Shown here in pieces: positions 27,675 through 41,714 of a stretch of 64,000 nucleotides of DNA. How positions within the stretch are numbered: position 1 is the stretch's first letter; every line of letters starts with the position of its first letter. The position numbers and the translations under genes are program-made. Source of the stretch: Aplysia californica (lineage: Eukaryota); assembly GCF_000002075.1 (NCBI RefSeq), contig NW_004797415.1, positions 848,096 to 912,095 on the forward strand, in the 5' to 3' direction. The notes under the pieces are model-generated. The model made no database searches. It saw only the letters and a list, made by a program, of their open reading frames with translations, and was not told where the DNA came from.

Positions 27675-28479
27675 CAGTGGAATCCTGTTATAACGAGAGG
27701 GAGGGGACTGGTACGAGATGTCCGTTATAGCAGGATTTTCGTTATAAGGGATCCAGTAATAAATTCAAAGGAAATAGTGAAGTAGGCCTAATCTGTGAGT
27801 TTGTTGTCTGTTTATTAATTTTTCGTTATCGTCCCCGATGATGGTTTTCCCCAACATGACCTCTTGGTCTTATTTGATTAAAAATCGAATCAGGTTTCTT
27901 TCTCTAGCGTTAGCAATGTTGACAGTTCGGCGTTGGCAATCAGAAGGAAAGTTTTCTAGGCTAACTCGCCCTCTGTGTTGTCCCCCACCCCACCACACCC
28001 TGTGGTGTGTTCCATCTGCTTGCGCACGTCACACATTCGCTCCTTCCATCACAGAACTGTGACCTCTCTATCCCCGCATGGGAGAAGTGAGAGGCATGGT
28101 AGGCCAAGATAATCTAGACTTGGCTGACCTATCATGCGATGTGTTCTGCTTCACAACAGCTTGTCTGCGCATGCCACACCCTGCCCACTCATTCACTCCG
28201 GCCTTCATTGTTGGCACACGCGGGCTCTCCCATTCTTTGTTTCGCTTGATCATTAACAAGTTTCTCAACTGGCGAGGTGTCACATCATTTATAAACGGCC
28301 TATGCCCTGTTCACAGCAGCAGCAGTATTCCGCTATAACAGACTCGCACGTTTATCTGATTGCGATATAGCAGTATTTTATTTACAAAAATAAAGAAGGG
28401 AAAAAAACGGGTATTTAGAACAATGTCTTTATAACAGACTTCTTGTTATTTCAGGACTCGTTATAAGTGGACTCCACTG
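27675..28479. mobile_element. Tigger/pogo type MITE
   Basis: TIR CAGTGGA(A/G)TCC...TTATAACGAG; TA TSD. Confidence 0.88.
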
Positions 28480-29000
28480 TATTAGTTTGAGAGGGTCATT
28501 GTGGAACTCTTAAATGTTTGAAATTCTTGTATGAGGAAACCTTTTGAATTAGTGCCTCTGTCATTTCCTGACTTTGATCACAACTATGAACTGGGTAACA
28601 GTACATGTGAGTTTGGTCAGTGTGAAATGTTTTGCAGTGCTGGAAAGTTGGAAGTTTGAATCTGTGCAGGGTCTGAATTGATCTCCTTCTTTGTAGGATG
28701 TTTTTTTCTGTCTGGTGTTGTGTTTTCGACTGTTTGTTTGCAGGGTCATGCCTCTTGCATTGTATTGTACATAATATATAGTAATTCTTAGTCTAGGTAA
28801 GTGTTTGTGAGTGTTGTTTGAGTTTGAGTAAGTTTTGAGTGTCGAATGAGCTGTTAAAGAAATCAGACTATGATGTGTAGCTAAAGTTGATTGAAATGTA
28901 CTTGTAGATTTTATTAACTTTTTAAAATTACTTTTCATGATTCCCCGTGCCCCCATGTTCACATGCCTTGGCTTACTTTGTACTTGTTGTACACCAAAAC

Positions 29001-29006
29001 AATAAA
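29001..29006 (+). terminator. Candidate distal polyadenylation signal of MFSD6-A
   Basis: AATAAA near the end of the T/G-rich plus-strand domain. Proximal alternatives exist at 17455 and 20631. Confidence 0.4.
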
Positions 29007-29903
29007 AAGTTTACAAAAAGAATGAAAGGTGCCTCAGAATGTGTATGATGAAACATTTTCCGATTCTCCACTATAGGGGTAAACAGATTTGTGGGGGCCT
29101 TATCATTAAATTGATTCACAAGCTGTTTTCAAAAGAAGTTATGAAGAACAGGCATTTAAGAATGACTTTCTGAAACTTCACAAGACATGGGGCCATTTCT
29201 CTTGAGTGTTTCCTTTTTGTGCATTCCTAATCGCATCTGTTATTGACCATGGCAGTGTGCGTTCACTTGTTTCTCTCTGTATGTAGTTCTTGTATTTCTG
29301 ATCCTCCTTTGTCAACACGGTCATATCATCTCCATCATGTTGTGTAGATTTGATTACAATATTACGAGTAATAAATGTCAATTTGTGCTAAATCGTTAAA
29401 TTTTGTTTGCTCAAGTAGTTATATAGTATAATGTTTGCATGTGGCTTTTGCAGCTGAGAGGTATGGCTGTTGGAACTGTAATCAACTGCTTGTGAGTTTT
29501 AATCCAGGCTCTCAGGTGTTCGAAGGAGACAGTGATGAAGTCAGATTTAACGCAGCCTTCTCCCAAAATGATCTGAATTGTGTTGATGGTTCAACATGAA
29601 CAGTACCAGGTCCATTATTCCATTTATCTTGATTGGCCCTGACAATCAGGATTATAGCAACCCACGTCCTTAATGATCTAACTAAGTTGATGCAGGCGCA
29701 AAACATTTACAATCACAGCCCCATCTTGTCCAGCAAAGCCATACTGAACTGCATTCTTGGTCTCTTATCTAAACAAAAGAAATTATCTTTCAAACACAAA
29801 TACTTTTAAATCGTTAATAAGTTGGAAAATTTATTTTTGTGTACTCTACGGACAGTTTTCTATAAATGTCTGTCATTTAAATTGAAATTAGCAAAGGCCA
29901 ATG

Positions 29904-30420
29904 GGGGGGGCTCTCGTGGCCTAGAGGTTAAGGTGTTGGCCTCTCATTCAAAGGTCCCGGGTTCGAATCCGGGTAGCGACCGAAAAATTTTCTTCTCATA
30001 AAATTGTCTCCTTTCACCTCCTTTCTTAGCAATGTTCTGTTGTCTGCTTTCAATTCCACTTTCTGCCCCCACCCCATCACCTCCTTTGCCCCCTCCTCTG
30101 GGCTCCTGACTCTTTATGCAGCCTTTCTACTGCTACTCCTTGGCTCCTCCTTACTGCTGTCTTTCTGCCACACCCCTGATCTTCTGGTAGGAAAGATCTA
30201 CACCTAGCCTTCTCGGACAAGGGCGAAAAATCTCGGAGGGCCCGTGTGCAAGTTGTGCACATTAAAGATCCCTTGGTGGTCTAAAATCGATAAGAGTAGG
30301 CTTCGGCCGCCACCCAGGCAAAATTCAAAATTTCCTACCAACTGAAAATATTAGGTGTGTCCCGCGCGCTCATATGACCTATGCAGTTGCGAGCGCCGTA
30401 AAACACTTTACAAAAACAAG
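29904..30420 (+). mobile_element. tRNA-derived SINE family 1, full length
   Basis: Highly similar to 840-1389; perfect 10-bp TSD aaggccaatg (29894-29903 / 30421-30430). Confidence 0.92.
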
Positions 30421-30549
30421 AAGGCCAATGATAAGAAACAATATATATGTATGTGGTGCATAATTTCAAAATTGTGTTGATAGCATCATAAAACACCCTC
30501 AAACTAAGATGACAAGATCAGAAGTTAACAAAACTCTTTTCACATGCAT

Positions 30550-30555
30550 TTTATT
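30550..30555 (-). terminator. Candidate distal polyadenylation signal of MFSD6-B
   Basis: AATAAA on minus followed by a U/GU-rich stretch, at the edge of the A/C-rich domain. Confidence 0.45.
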
Positions 30556-32845
30556 CACAATAAAACAACAATCTCACAACATGTCAGCAAAGCTGTGGCA
30601 TATATATCTTGATAAAACTCGTATAAAGTAAGATAATAAAGACTCAAATCACATACCCGCTCAGCACTTAACTTTATTTTGTGTCGGCTCAACTCTGATT
30701 TGAAGTTCATCTAAAAATACAGATTCAATCTACCTTTACTGGACTTTTTGATTAAAAATTATTTTATCTTAAAAAAAAAAAATCCAACAAAACCAAAGAA
30801 GCAATTAAACAAAATTAAATTCAGGTAAGCAAAGAATAAGAAAAAAAATTTATATAAGACAAGTTTTAATGAAATTTTTTTTTCTCTACGTCACTAGACT
30901 ATCATTTTTTTTCCTTTTGAAGTGACAATTTAAAAAAATTTATTAAGGAAAAGTTTTAGAAAACTAGCCATCGATTTTACAAAAATGATAAATTATAACC
31001 ACTCCCTAAAGCTCTTCAGCACAAATATTATTACTGAAAATAGCACAGGCACTATTATGCAATACAAAAAGGTGTAATATATTTACCAAACACACAAATA
31101 TAGCTCTAGAAATACGTGTAAACGTAGAATGGGGCACACCATGCACAATTATATTCATCAATTTAAGGCAACTCGCAATTCCAAAAACATTTTTTTAATG
31201 CAATACATATCAACTACACAGCTCAATAAAAAAATTAATAGACATAATTATTACTTGTTTGCTGATAGAATCAGAAGACTGAAGAGAAGTTCCAAAGGGT
31301 GACAGACACAATGTATTTTGTATAATGCTATATTTGAGCTTCAACTAACAAAGGCACTGTTGACACCCCATAGCCTTGCATGAGTCAGGAAAAGGATTAC
31401 GAGAACTTCCACCTCCCACGCCTCTTGCTTATACTTATAAAAAACTTTAAGTATAAAAAAGGAAAAGTTCGATAAGAATTCATATCTGATCAGCTTCATT
31501 ACATTTTAGTTAGAACGTGATATTTTTGTAACAATTTTCAGATGAACAAGTAGATTAAATCTATATAAAGTAAGATATGCATTCAATAAGTATTCAAATA
31601 TATTCAATATTCTGTATAATGCCAAATTTGAGCTCCAACAACTTTTATTAAAGGCACAATTGATGACCCTTTGGGCCGGAAAGAAGATCAGAAGTTTAAA
31701 GACTTAATGCAGAAATAGACCAAATTGTTCTGGTAAAGAGAGGCACATCGACACAAAGGTCACATGTGCTAGGAAAAAAACAAGACTGATAGACACAACA
31801 ATAGACAGAGAGTAAAGAAATAAAACCGACCCGGGCCACCCTCCAACCACCCACTAAATACGAGACCACGTCACCACAACAGTTGAGGGTAAGGGGTAAA
31901 GTTAGTTGAGTAGTTTCTGATGAATAAATGCAATACTGGCCAAAATTATCCAAGTGCTGTGGCATGGAATCAAAGCCCCTGTAAACACTGAACGTTGTGC
32001 AAGGGCATATAGTCAGCCAGCTGCTCACAAGTACTAAGCCCAGTGTTTAATTTTTTCCTTATTTTTTAGTTTCTTAAGCTGTGGTATCATTCGCTTTTTC
32101 TTTAAAAATATTTTGTCGAAATTCAAGTATTAGATGATAAAAGCAAGAAAAGACACATAAAGTATATGTACAATTTTCAGAAGAATGTGACTTTTCTCTC
32201 TCGCTCCTGAAAAGACCAGGATACTCATTAAAATTCTCCCCTCTTGGAAATCGCATTCAAATCTCCTGCATGTGATGGCAAAGAAGCGCCTAACCGGTAG
32301 CTCTACACCCTAGACTACGGTAAACTAACTTCTTTCACGTGCAAGGTGAAGACCTCACTACCGCACCAGTTGAAAGCAAACCAACCTCAGAAAAAAAACG
32401 TAAAAACAGCTGGAGATACCACCAACGATGTTAAAACTACGGGGCCTGGAGTGGACAAAATGACCACTGGCCAGTCAATCAAGTGGAAGACAAGAAAAGT
32501 AAAATGTTTTCACAGAGAGGGGGGATAAACTCTTAACCAACACACATATAAGGCGCATAAGAGCACAAATACATTCTTAAAAAATTTTTGTACATGCATT
32601 CGTAGTTAAAATTTCATTCTTTATGGATTTCTGTCTTCTTTCTGTATATATTGTACATGGATTATATAATATTCACAAAATGACTTCTCTCCCTCCACAA
32701 AAATGGACGGGTAAAATGGAACATGAATGAGTTCACATTGTAAATGAACATGATTAGCATTTCTCTTAGGGATGTCATCCATACACTTCTATATTTCAGA
32801 AAAGACTGAATTGTAAGAAGACAGAAATCTTACTTGTATTAATCA

Positions 32846-33019
32846 CACATTGGAGCTGAAATGGACCTACATAACAAGTAGTAAATGAAACAAACCATCA
32901 GGAACATTCTCTGAATCCAAAATCCATTACATTTTTGGGAATAGTGACATTCATACGCATGTTGTAAACACTTGTTTCATTTACTACTTGTCATGTAGGT
33001 ATATTTCAGCTCCAATGTG
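32846..33019. repeat. Inverted repeat / small foldback (~50-bp arms)
   Basis: cacattggagctgaaat..acctacataacaagtagtaaatgaaacaa pairs with ttgtttcatttactacttgtcatgtaggt..atttcagctccaatgtg. Confidence 0.85.
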
Positions 33020-34258
33020 GAATTATTTGGATACTTTGCTTCTGATACAGCTGTCATTTTCATAAACGAGCACCTTTTCTTTTCTCCCTTGCAATGATGT
33101 ATTTCCAGCTATTTCAGTCACGGTGTTACACACAAAAAACCCCACCAAAAACAAACAAGAGCTCACAGCCCCCCCCCCCCCCCCCCCCTCTCTATTAATG
33201 GCTGATGACATTAACTGTGACCATGATGCATATTTCAGAATAAAATACAAGTTGGTCAACACCATTGAACAAAAACTTGGCTATCCGAATTTTGGGGCAG
33301 AGACATAAATATTACAAAGAATCCTTCGTGAAAAAAGTTTGCTCTCTCTAATTTTCTTCAACTCACAATATTTGTTTTGTTTGTATTTAAGTAAAGAGAA
33401 GTACATCAACGCAATATCAGTCGTTTAATTTAGTACGAGGAAAGAGTAATAAACAGACACAAACGAGGAAAAAACTAAGAAGTAGGACCTACCAGTGGGG
33501 CACGCCAACTACCTGCATGCACTGTGTCAAGTCTATGTATTCGATCCCTTAGCCATGTCTGACATCGCTGTTTGTAGTGCAAACTGGAGCAAAACAAGAT
33601 TCTGAGAAGGCCTACAGTTTTAGTAAACAACGTCAATCAATTCTAGATACGTTTTGAAAGAGACATAAACAAGTCTACAGAAACATTCATAAGATAGATA
33701 ACATGTTACAATATAATACTGATACAAGTAGATCACATCGTTGCTGTGGCAAGAAAAGAAAGCAACTCCCAATTTTTATGATCACCCTGTACAACAGGAT
33801 AAAACAGGGTCACGGTTCTTTCTTGCAACAACAAGAGATGATATTTATCAAACTGCTGCAATACAATGCAGAATTTTGCACATCCATTGTTGTTACAAGC
33901 CATTATAAATTCAAGCTACGGCCAACTGAAATATCTCTTTACGGTACAAGCATGTTGAAACAAGATATGAGATCAACAAAAACGAGTGGCATCTCTATGA
34001 AATCAAGTGCTTATCAAAATAATAAAATAGAAAAAAAAAAAAAAAAAAGACATCTTTCCGCAAGTTGGGCAATTTTTATCCTTTTTTGGGGGGACTCAAC
34101 ACCTTTTATGTCCATTAAAATATATACATTTCTGAGAGGATTTTTATTAAAAAGCATTGATCAAAGGCAGAAAAGAATTTTAATTTTCTGTTTCCAAGGA
34201 CACTCAAGCTTTGGAAGTCATCAAATTTTGGTGGCCATTTTCTCACTAATTTTACCTC

Positions 34259-35339
34259 TGACATCAGGCGATCCCAACCTTCTTCAATCGCAAATAACTT
34301 GATTTCTATTCAAGATACACGGGTATTTTTAGCTAAAAAATAAGACAAAGGAATAAGCTTTGAGGCAGCTTAAAAACTGACAAGCACCTGATTCCACCGC
34401 ATCATGTCACAAATCTTCCCAGACATTACATTATTCAACTTGATGTCCACTTCTTCACAATTACGTTAACTCCAACAATACCTTGCGTCCCACAACGTTA
34501 ACTCTTTAACCCTTTAGTCATTACACTAACTTCTTCACCATTACGTTAACTTCCAACAATACCTTGCGTCCCACAACGTTAACTCTTTAATCATTACATT
34601 AACTTCTTCAGCATTATGTGAACTCCTACTTCACTTATTAATTTCTTCAAAATAATGTTAATTCGTTCAGCATCATGCTGACTACAGCAGTGTTTTGTTA
34701 ACTCTTTCAACATCATGTTAACTCCTTTATTGCCTGACATCAGGCGATCCCAACCTTCTTCAATCGCAAATAACTTGATTTCTATTCAAGATACACGGGT
34801 ATTTTTAGCTAAAAAATAAGACAAAGGAATAAGCTTTGAGGCAGCTTAAAAACTGACAAGCACCTGATTCCACCGCATCATGTCACAAATCTTCCCAGAC
34901 ATTACATTATTCAACTTGATGTCCACTTCTTCACAATTACGTTAACTCCAACAATACCTTGCGTCCCACAACGTTAACTCTTTAACCCTTTAGTCATTAC
35001 ACTAACTTCTTCACCATTACGTTAACTTCCAACAATACCTTGCGTCCCACAACGTTAACTCTTTAATCATTACATTAACTTCTTCAGCATTATGTGAACT
35101 CCTACTTCACTTATTAATTTCTTCAAAATAATGTTAATTCGTTCAGCATCATGCTGACTACAGCAGTGTTTTGTTAACTCTTTCAACATCATGTTAACTC
35201 CTTTATTGCCTGACATCAGGCGATCCCAACCTTCTTCAATCGCAAATAACTTGATTTCTATTCAAGATACACGGGTATTTTTAGCTAAAAATTAAGACAA
35301 AGGAATAAGCTTTGAGGCAGCTTAAAAACTGACAAGCAC
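34259..35339. repeat. Tandem repeat, 476-bp period, at least 2.3 near-identical copies running into a gap
   Basis: acatcaggcgatccc starts at 34261, 34737 and 35213. Confidence 0.9.
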
Positions 35340-36344
35340 NNNNNNNNNNNNNNNNNNNNNNNNNNNNNNNNNNNNNNNNNNNNNNNNNNNNNNNNNNNNN
35401 NNNNNNNNNNNNNNNNNNNNNNNNNNNNNNNNNNNNNNNCCCCCCAAATGTAATAAATAAATAAAAATCCCCCTCTCAAAATAAAATGGGTTTGAATAAC
35501 AAATGTATGAAAAAAAAAACGTGGATCTGTGCAAGACACAAATTCAATCAGCAATAACAATCACACAACATTACGTAAACTTATATGAAGCACCCAAGAC
35601 TTGATTAAAGCCATGAGATACCTTCCCCTTCCTCCCTCTGCTTACTCCAGATCCACTTAGGCCTGTAAAGGTTACAAAATAAACAAAACAAGAATTTTTC
35701 ACACACCATCACGACTAATATTAAAAGTGAATAAAGAGGCTCATTGAATGCTCCGCACTATAAATAATTTAATGAGAACACTCAAGGAAAAAAAAAAGAG
35801 AACAGCACTGCAGAAATGAAAAATCAGAATAAAGCTTGAATGTTTTGTTTGAGTAACTGGAAGCACATTGACACAATATCAATCATTTAGTGCAGAGAAA
35901 ATATAAGACAGACAGAAAGAAACAAAAGAGGGAAAGAGAAGAATAATAAGTACATACCAGTAGCGCCATCAACGACCCCCTTGTACAAAGTAAAATAAAA
36001 CAATGTCACAAGCACACCTTTGAAGGGGGAAAAAATGTGAAATTGTATAGGTTCAACACCCTTACAACACTGTAAGGTTATTTAAGAGGCGGTCCTTTGA
36101 AATAAAACGTACATGATATGCATGGCAGAAATGTGTCACAGAATAAAAGATATGCAAAACAGGAAATTCGCTTCACTGTGACATGCATAAAAGTCAACAA
36201 TATATCATCACAAACTGGAAACAGTAGCACGCCATTGCTGGTCGCCCCAGTGCAGCGTCGTATTTTTCAACTAAGTTAAGGATAATGTATCTTGCTTGAA
36301 GTGACAGGTCCCTGGCCACCCACCCCAAAGCTGCAGTGCCATGA

Positions 36345-36700
36345 TATCAGTGGTCTAGTGGTTAGAATATCTAAACTGTAAGGCTGTGGGTTCAAATCCC
36401 GTCAGGGGCCCTGACGCGTCCCTGGGAATGGCACTTTACATGAATTTTTCTCACTTCACCCAGGAGGAAATGGGTGCCTGGCTATGGACAGTGAAAGATC
36501 TTGTCATTTTGTTAGTGTTTTAGTGCTTGTATTCAGCAGCTTGCACTGTGTACATCCCTTAAAGCTGAAAATATCAAAAACCAGTAAACATCCAGTTACT
36601 ATGGATATAATGTACTTTATGAATACATGCATGTGATTAGTCCATACTGCTATTTTTGCAACATGCGACTCATTTTTTCGTGGCGCCTTACAAATAGCAG
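36345..36700 (+). mobile_element. Old tRNA-SINE with CORE/Meta-like central domain and L2-like tail
   Basis: TGGTCTAGTGG and GGTTCAAATCC boxes; gtccctgggaatggcacttta...cacccaggaggaaatgggt; ends gcgccttacaaat. Confidence 0.6.
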
Positions 36701-38454
36701 TATCAATCTTAACAACATTCTATCATAGTGCTGTAGAAAAGAGGCACAACCAACATGAAAAAAAACCAAATGGCATTTTTATAATATAACAACAAAACAA
36801 TGGGGGTAAATGGTCTCATAGAAATATAATATAACAGAAAATTAGATGACCACAACAAAACGATAAATGACAATACAAGCAATAACAAATGTATATATAT
36901 AAGTAAGCTTCACTTGATAAAACATAAACCTTTTGAGCATGGTTGGGTGAAATTCACCTCTTCAATCAACACGGTTCCTTCCTTACACAAATCTAAAACA
37001 ATACTTGAAAACGTTCTGTATTGCAGGTAGAGTACAGGTAAACTGTTTGAGAACTCATTCAAGCACATTTCCAGCAGAGGAGTGAAAAAACGTCAGAAAA
37101 GAACATATTGTCAGCAAGCTGTCCAGTTGTTGCAAGTCCAGAAAGCAAAATTTTTCAGGAGAGAAAAAAACCCTGTTTTATTCTTTTGAGTGAACCTACA
37201 TTATATGCATTTTTTGGGCCTTTTTCAACATTGAGAATTAGAACTTGAATTTCAACAAAATACTTATCCAGCACATCCAACCAATACCAAAGGTTAAGAA
37301 AATGCAATTTCAAAAAATTAAAAAATTTTGGACAAAGTACATCTGAACAGCAGGCTGACATTATGGGGCAACAGTATTTTACAGTCAATGGAAATCTCAC
37401 TTTCTCCCTCCCTCCCCCCTCCTGAAACAAAAAAATTGCTTCCCATTCAGCAGGCAACATCTGATGTAACCATGAAAATAAACTGAAAACTTTCCCTTAC
37501 CCAAGCTAAAGTCTAACAGTACAAGCACGGCTCAGACCATAGGAAAAGAGCATCGGAGTATTGTTGGATTTAAAACCAGACACAATGTCGAGCACTCTAT
37601 ATTTCAATTAATTTTTCTTATTTTTCTTTCACAACCCGAAAGGAAGATGCATTATACGGAACAGAATTAGACACACTTGAGAATCAATCCTCCTTACAAA
37701 TATGCAATCATCCTTAAAAAAACCAACAACACTTCTTTTAACATCAGTACGGTTGGTTCTGAACATACCAGTTAAAGCACATAAGGCATACAATTTGAAA
37801 AAAATATGTACGACCAAAATGCTTTAGCCAATCTACTTTCTTCCACTATTAACCCTTTAGCCTGTTGCATATATTACCCTCACGAGTTCTTGTTCCTTCA
37901 GGACCAGTCATATATTTGTCCCTCTCAGGGCACTGGCCACCTCAAATCCAGTCACATACTTTAACCACAATCTAGCTAATTGTCTCTGAAAAATATGACA
38001 TCCCTTTCGAAAGAAAAATAATTAACTCTGTTTAACCCTGATTTACAAGATGCAGAATGGTTAGAAAACATTGGAGTTATTAATTTGTAACTTTCTGGGA
38101 AGCCGATGTTTTTGAGCATTCTGGGGTCTGCTAGGGTTATGATATGGATTATAAAGCGTACAGAGCCTGCTGTTGAGTTGCTATACAAATACTATTTATT
38201 ATGATTATCATTATTATTATCAATATTATACATTTTTTTAGCGTGATACTAAAGATAAGCACAATTGCCGAGAAAAATGACTATGTAATTAAACAGGTGT
38301 GGGGACATTAGAGTATGAAATAGAAAAATACAAGCTCAGAGATGTTGTGATGTACATCACAAGTAAGGAAAGTAGAACCACCTCAAAATAACAACAACAG
38401 GGACATTTGTTTAGTTTCTAAGAGGCACACAAGAGTCTGGAACACATTTCAGGG

Positions 38455-38670
38455 GATACCATGGATTGACCATGATGACAGACTGGCCCAAAACAGAGAT
38501 TTTTTCCTCCCAAGGGAGATTATGACTGATGACAGGTTATTCCTAAAGAGAGATAATTCCTGATGACCAAATTATCCCTAATGAGAGACTGATGAGAATC
38601 TGATGAGACCGGGTCCCTGAAGAGCAACATTCCCAAAGAGAGACTATCCTTGAAGGAGGATTATCTCTGT
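38455..38670. repeat. Degenerate ~30-bp tandem repeat (tgatgac...cctaaagagagac)
   Basis: Recurring motif. Confidence 0.55.
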
Positions 38671-41297
38671 AAAAATAGGTCCTTGCAAAGAGCTAGATTT
38701 CTGGGTATTATAAACGAAGGCTGAACATGAGCACTGACGCAAAAGAGCAATATGAAGCACACACATACAATGCTGAGGTCCACTGGGGAAGACAAACTAA
38801 TCTTGTGCTGAAAATAAAACATATAAACAGAAAAAAAAGAGGAAAAATTGTTCAACCACCCTCTACCCTCTCACACCTAAGATACCTTTTTGGTATTGTA
38901 ACATTAGTAGTCCCGAGCAGAAAGAATTAAAAATTTCACAAGGATGCAATATTTGAACCACTAGAAATAAAATCGTGAATGAATAAAGAAAGAGATGAAG
39001 ATATCCTCAGTGAGTAGTCTACACCAAGAGCAAAGCGATATGGCAGTGCTAATCCCTACGGTACCGGCGATCACGGCCTGCACTGTTTTGGAACCTAGTT
39101 TAAGTCTAATGTAAAACTGTAAACTGTTGATGATTTAGGCCCTCAACAACACAATTTAGATTATTTAGAAGGCGGGCTGCTTCTACCATGCCTGTCAGGG
39201 TCACCCCCAGCTGACAAAGATGCAATTTCCCAGCAGACAAATGGAGCTCCTGGGTGTAAAAAAACCCAACCTCCCAACACTAGAACTGAACTCACGTCTT
39301 CAGCCTAGCAAAGCATCTAATACACCAAAGACACCACTGACATTGCTTAGCAAAACCTTCATATTCAAACAACAATAGATGACAAGCAATTATGTCTTCA
39401 ACATTAGTGACAAAGACATTATATTTTATGAACAAAGTAAGACTCATACACTCGTTAATATTTTGCAAATTCAAACCAGAGAAAACAAACCACGACTGCA
39501 CCTTGCTGTGACAAGGAAAATTATCTCAAGGAATAACAAACAACAACAAAAATGCCAGAAACTAGACCACCAAGCTCCCTTAAAACCACTCCCATCCTTC
39601 CTTCAGATTAAAAAAAACAAACTATAACCCCCCCCCCCTCTCCCTCAGCAAACTACACACCTACATCCTTTCAGCTATTTAAAGAGGTAAACATTTCAGG
39701 GACCCCAAAACTCATTGCAAAAATCCTATGAAGAGTAATAAAATAGTATATACAAAAGAAAAATCCAACCAGAAAATAAAATTTAGAATTCGGCTATAAC
39801 CACTACAGACATTTCTAGGCTTTTCCTTATCCCTGAAAAGAAAAATCATAATCACTTTCAAGCCAAGGACCTAAACCACTTTTTCATCCCAACAAAATTT
39901 TGAGGTAAGAGAAAAAGTAATCTTACGGAAACTGAAAGTACAAAATGCTGAGTGCTCTATAATCATATTCAAACAAAAGCACACAGATTCAAAAAGTAGT
40001 TCTGACCAAAAATGTGTATACTCCAGACCCTTTGGTCCAAAAGACATGAAAAGAATTTGAGCAAGGTATGTCTTCGCCTTAAACCACATACAGTTGAACC
40101 TGCTCTAACGGCCTTTGTCCAAGACTGTCACCAGCACAACTGTACAAATAACCACTCCCCACACTCTCCCCCAACCCTCCCCTTGCGTTTGAAAAAATAT
40201 AACAACAGTCCAAGATATTCGCCTGATTCAGAAAACCTATTTTTTTCTTGACAATGGGTTGTTGCCTCGGACAAATTGAGTATATATGCAATTCATGGAT
40301 ACGGATAAACTATCTAAATATGGGGTGAGCAAAAATCTTTAGTGAAAGAGCATACAAGTAAGTAAGTTTTCCATTAAAAAAAAAAATCCACAGCAACCAT
40401 AGCAATTTCATATTCAAGCATTATCACCAAATGTGTTTCAACAAAATTATTGTAGACATTAGAGAACAAAGATACATTTCAGTATGGGTATTTTTGCACC
40501 CTGTTCTGCCTTTGTTTATATGAAGCTTCTCAGCAGTAGATAGAAACCTAAAAAATCAATTTTTGTCTGAAAAGCTATCCATTCCTTTAAAGACTCTAGC
40601 TGATGTCAAGAATCAAATAGGCCTAAATAATAAAATAATGAGAGTCCATTAGTCTTAGGAAGAATTTGCATTCCAGAGAGCTAAAAAGCTAAACCTTCAA
40701 TTCTTGAGAGCTAAAGATATAAAAAATATTGGTGTCTTCTCTTTCTGTAGAAGATTCGCAAACGAACCAAGAGCTGAGGATCAGCTAGACAGGTCTTACA
40801 AGTAACACTTACACTGCAGAAAATAAAACACCGTTTGATGTGAACATAACAGTAACATATCTTTTATCTTATTGTGATTTATTTATGTCTTCTGTGTCCA
40901 GTTAGAAGAAATAGCATGCTTATATATTTTGCAAGAAATCTCAAAGAGCTTGGTTTATATTTAAAATTATTTTTAAAAAAACATTTCTCTATGTTTGATT
41001 TTAAAAAAAAAACTAAGATAAAAAAAAAGAACGACATTTCTCTTTTCAGCATAACACAGGAAAATATAAAAAAGAGAAAATCTGTGATTATGAACCTTGC
41101 AGTAATAATAATATGCAGATTCTCTTTAAGTTTGTGGGGAGCAGGGAGCTATAAACCAGCATGAGGACCTGAGAAAATTGCACACATATTTGGTCACTTT
41201 TAAGGACGAGCAGGCTAACAAAGATTTTGGGGGTTTCCAAAAATCTTGCCCTGCATCAAAAGTGGGCATTACCCTATCTATAGGAGAAGTTTGGTTT

Positions 41298-41714
41298 TTT
41301 AGTTTTCTCTAGTTTTAGTTTTAGAAGAGGTCTTACTGCGCTTGCAACTGCATAAGGTCATATGAGCGCCAAGGGTTATGCGTCAACAGAGACGTCCTTA
41401 CAGGGAATCAGACTTACTCTGCTCACCTCTCTAGCCTCAACAGCACAAAGTCTGCTTCGACTATCAAGGCACCCCGGAAATAGCAGGTCACAAGAGTGTG
41501 ACAAACATACAAAAGAAGTAGAGGAAAAATGACGATATTAAGGACCAGGAAAGGAAAAGCAGCAGTTCCCTGTTGCAGTACAGGCACAGTTATGACCATG
41601 ACATTGATGAATCAGCCCATTTACAATTCTACTGTGCGTAAGAACAGGTTAATGTTCCCCCTTTGGAAATGGCCAAAAGATACTTCAGTCAGTAGCACTG
41701 CCCCAGGGGGTTCA
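41298..41714 (-). mobile_element. ~400-bp short retroposon (family 2), no recognisable tRNA head, same 3' tail as SINE family 1
   Basis: 11-bp TSD aagtttggttt; matches the copy at 60985-61365 end to end. Confidence 0.8.

Noticed and set aside
33703-34302. 199-aa ORF
   Set aside because: Low complexity with a poly-Lys stretch from an A-run, overlaps a repeat, and has no recognisable domain or splice support.
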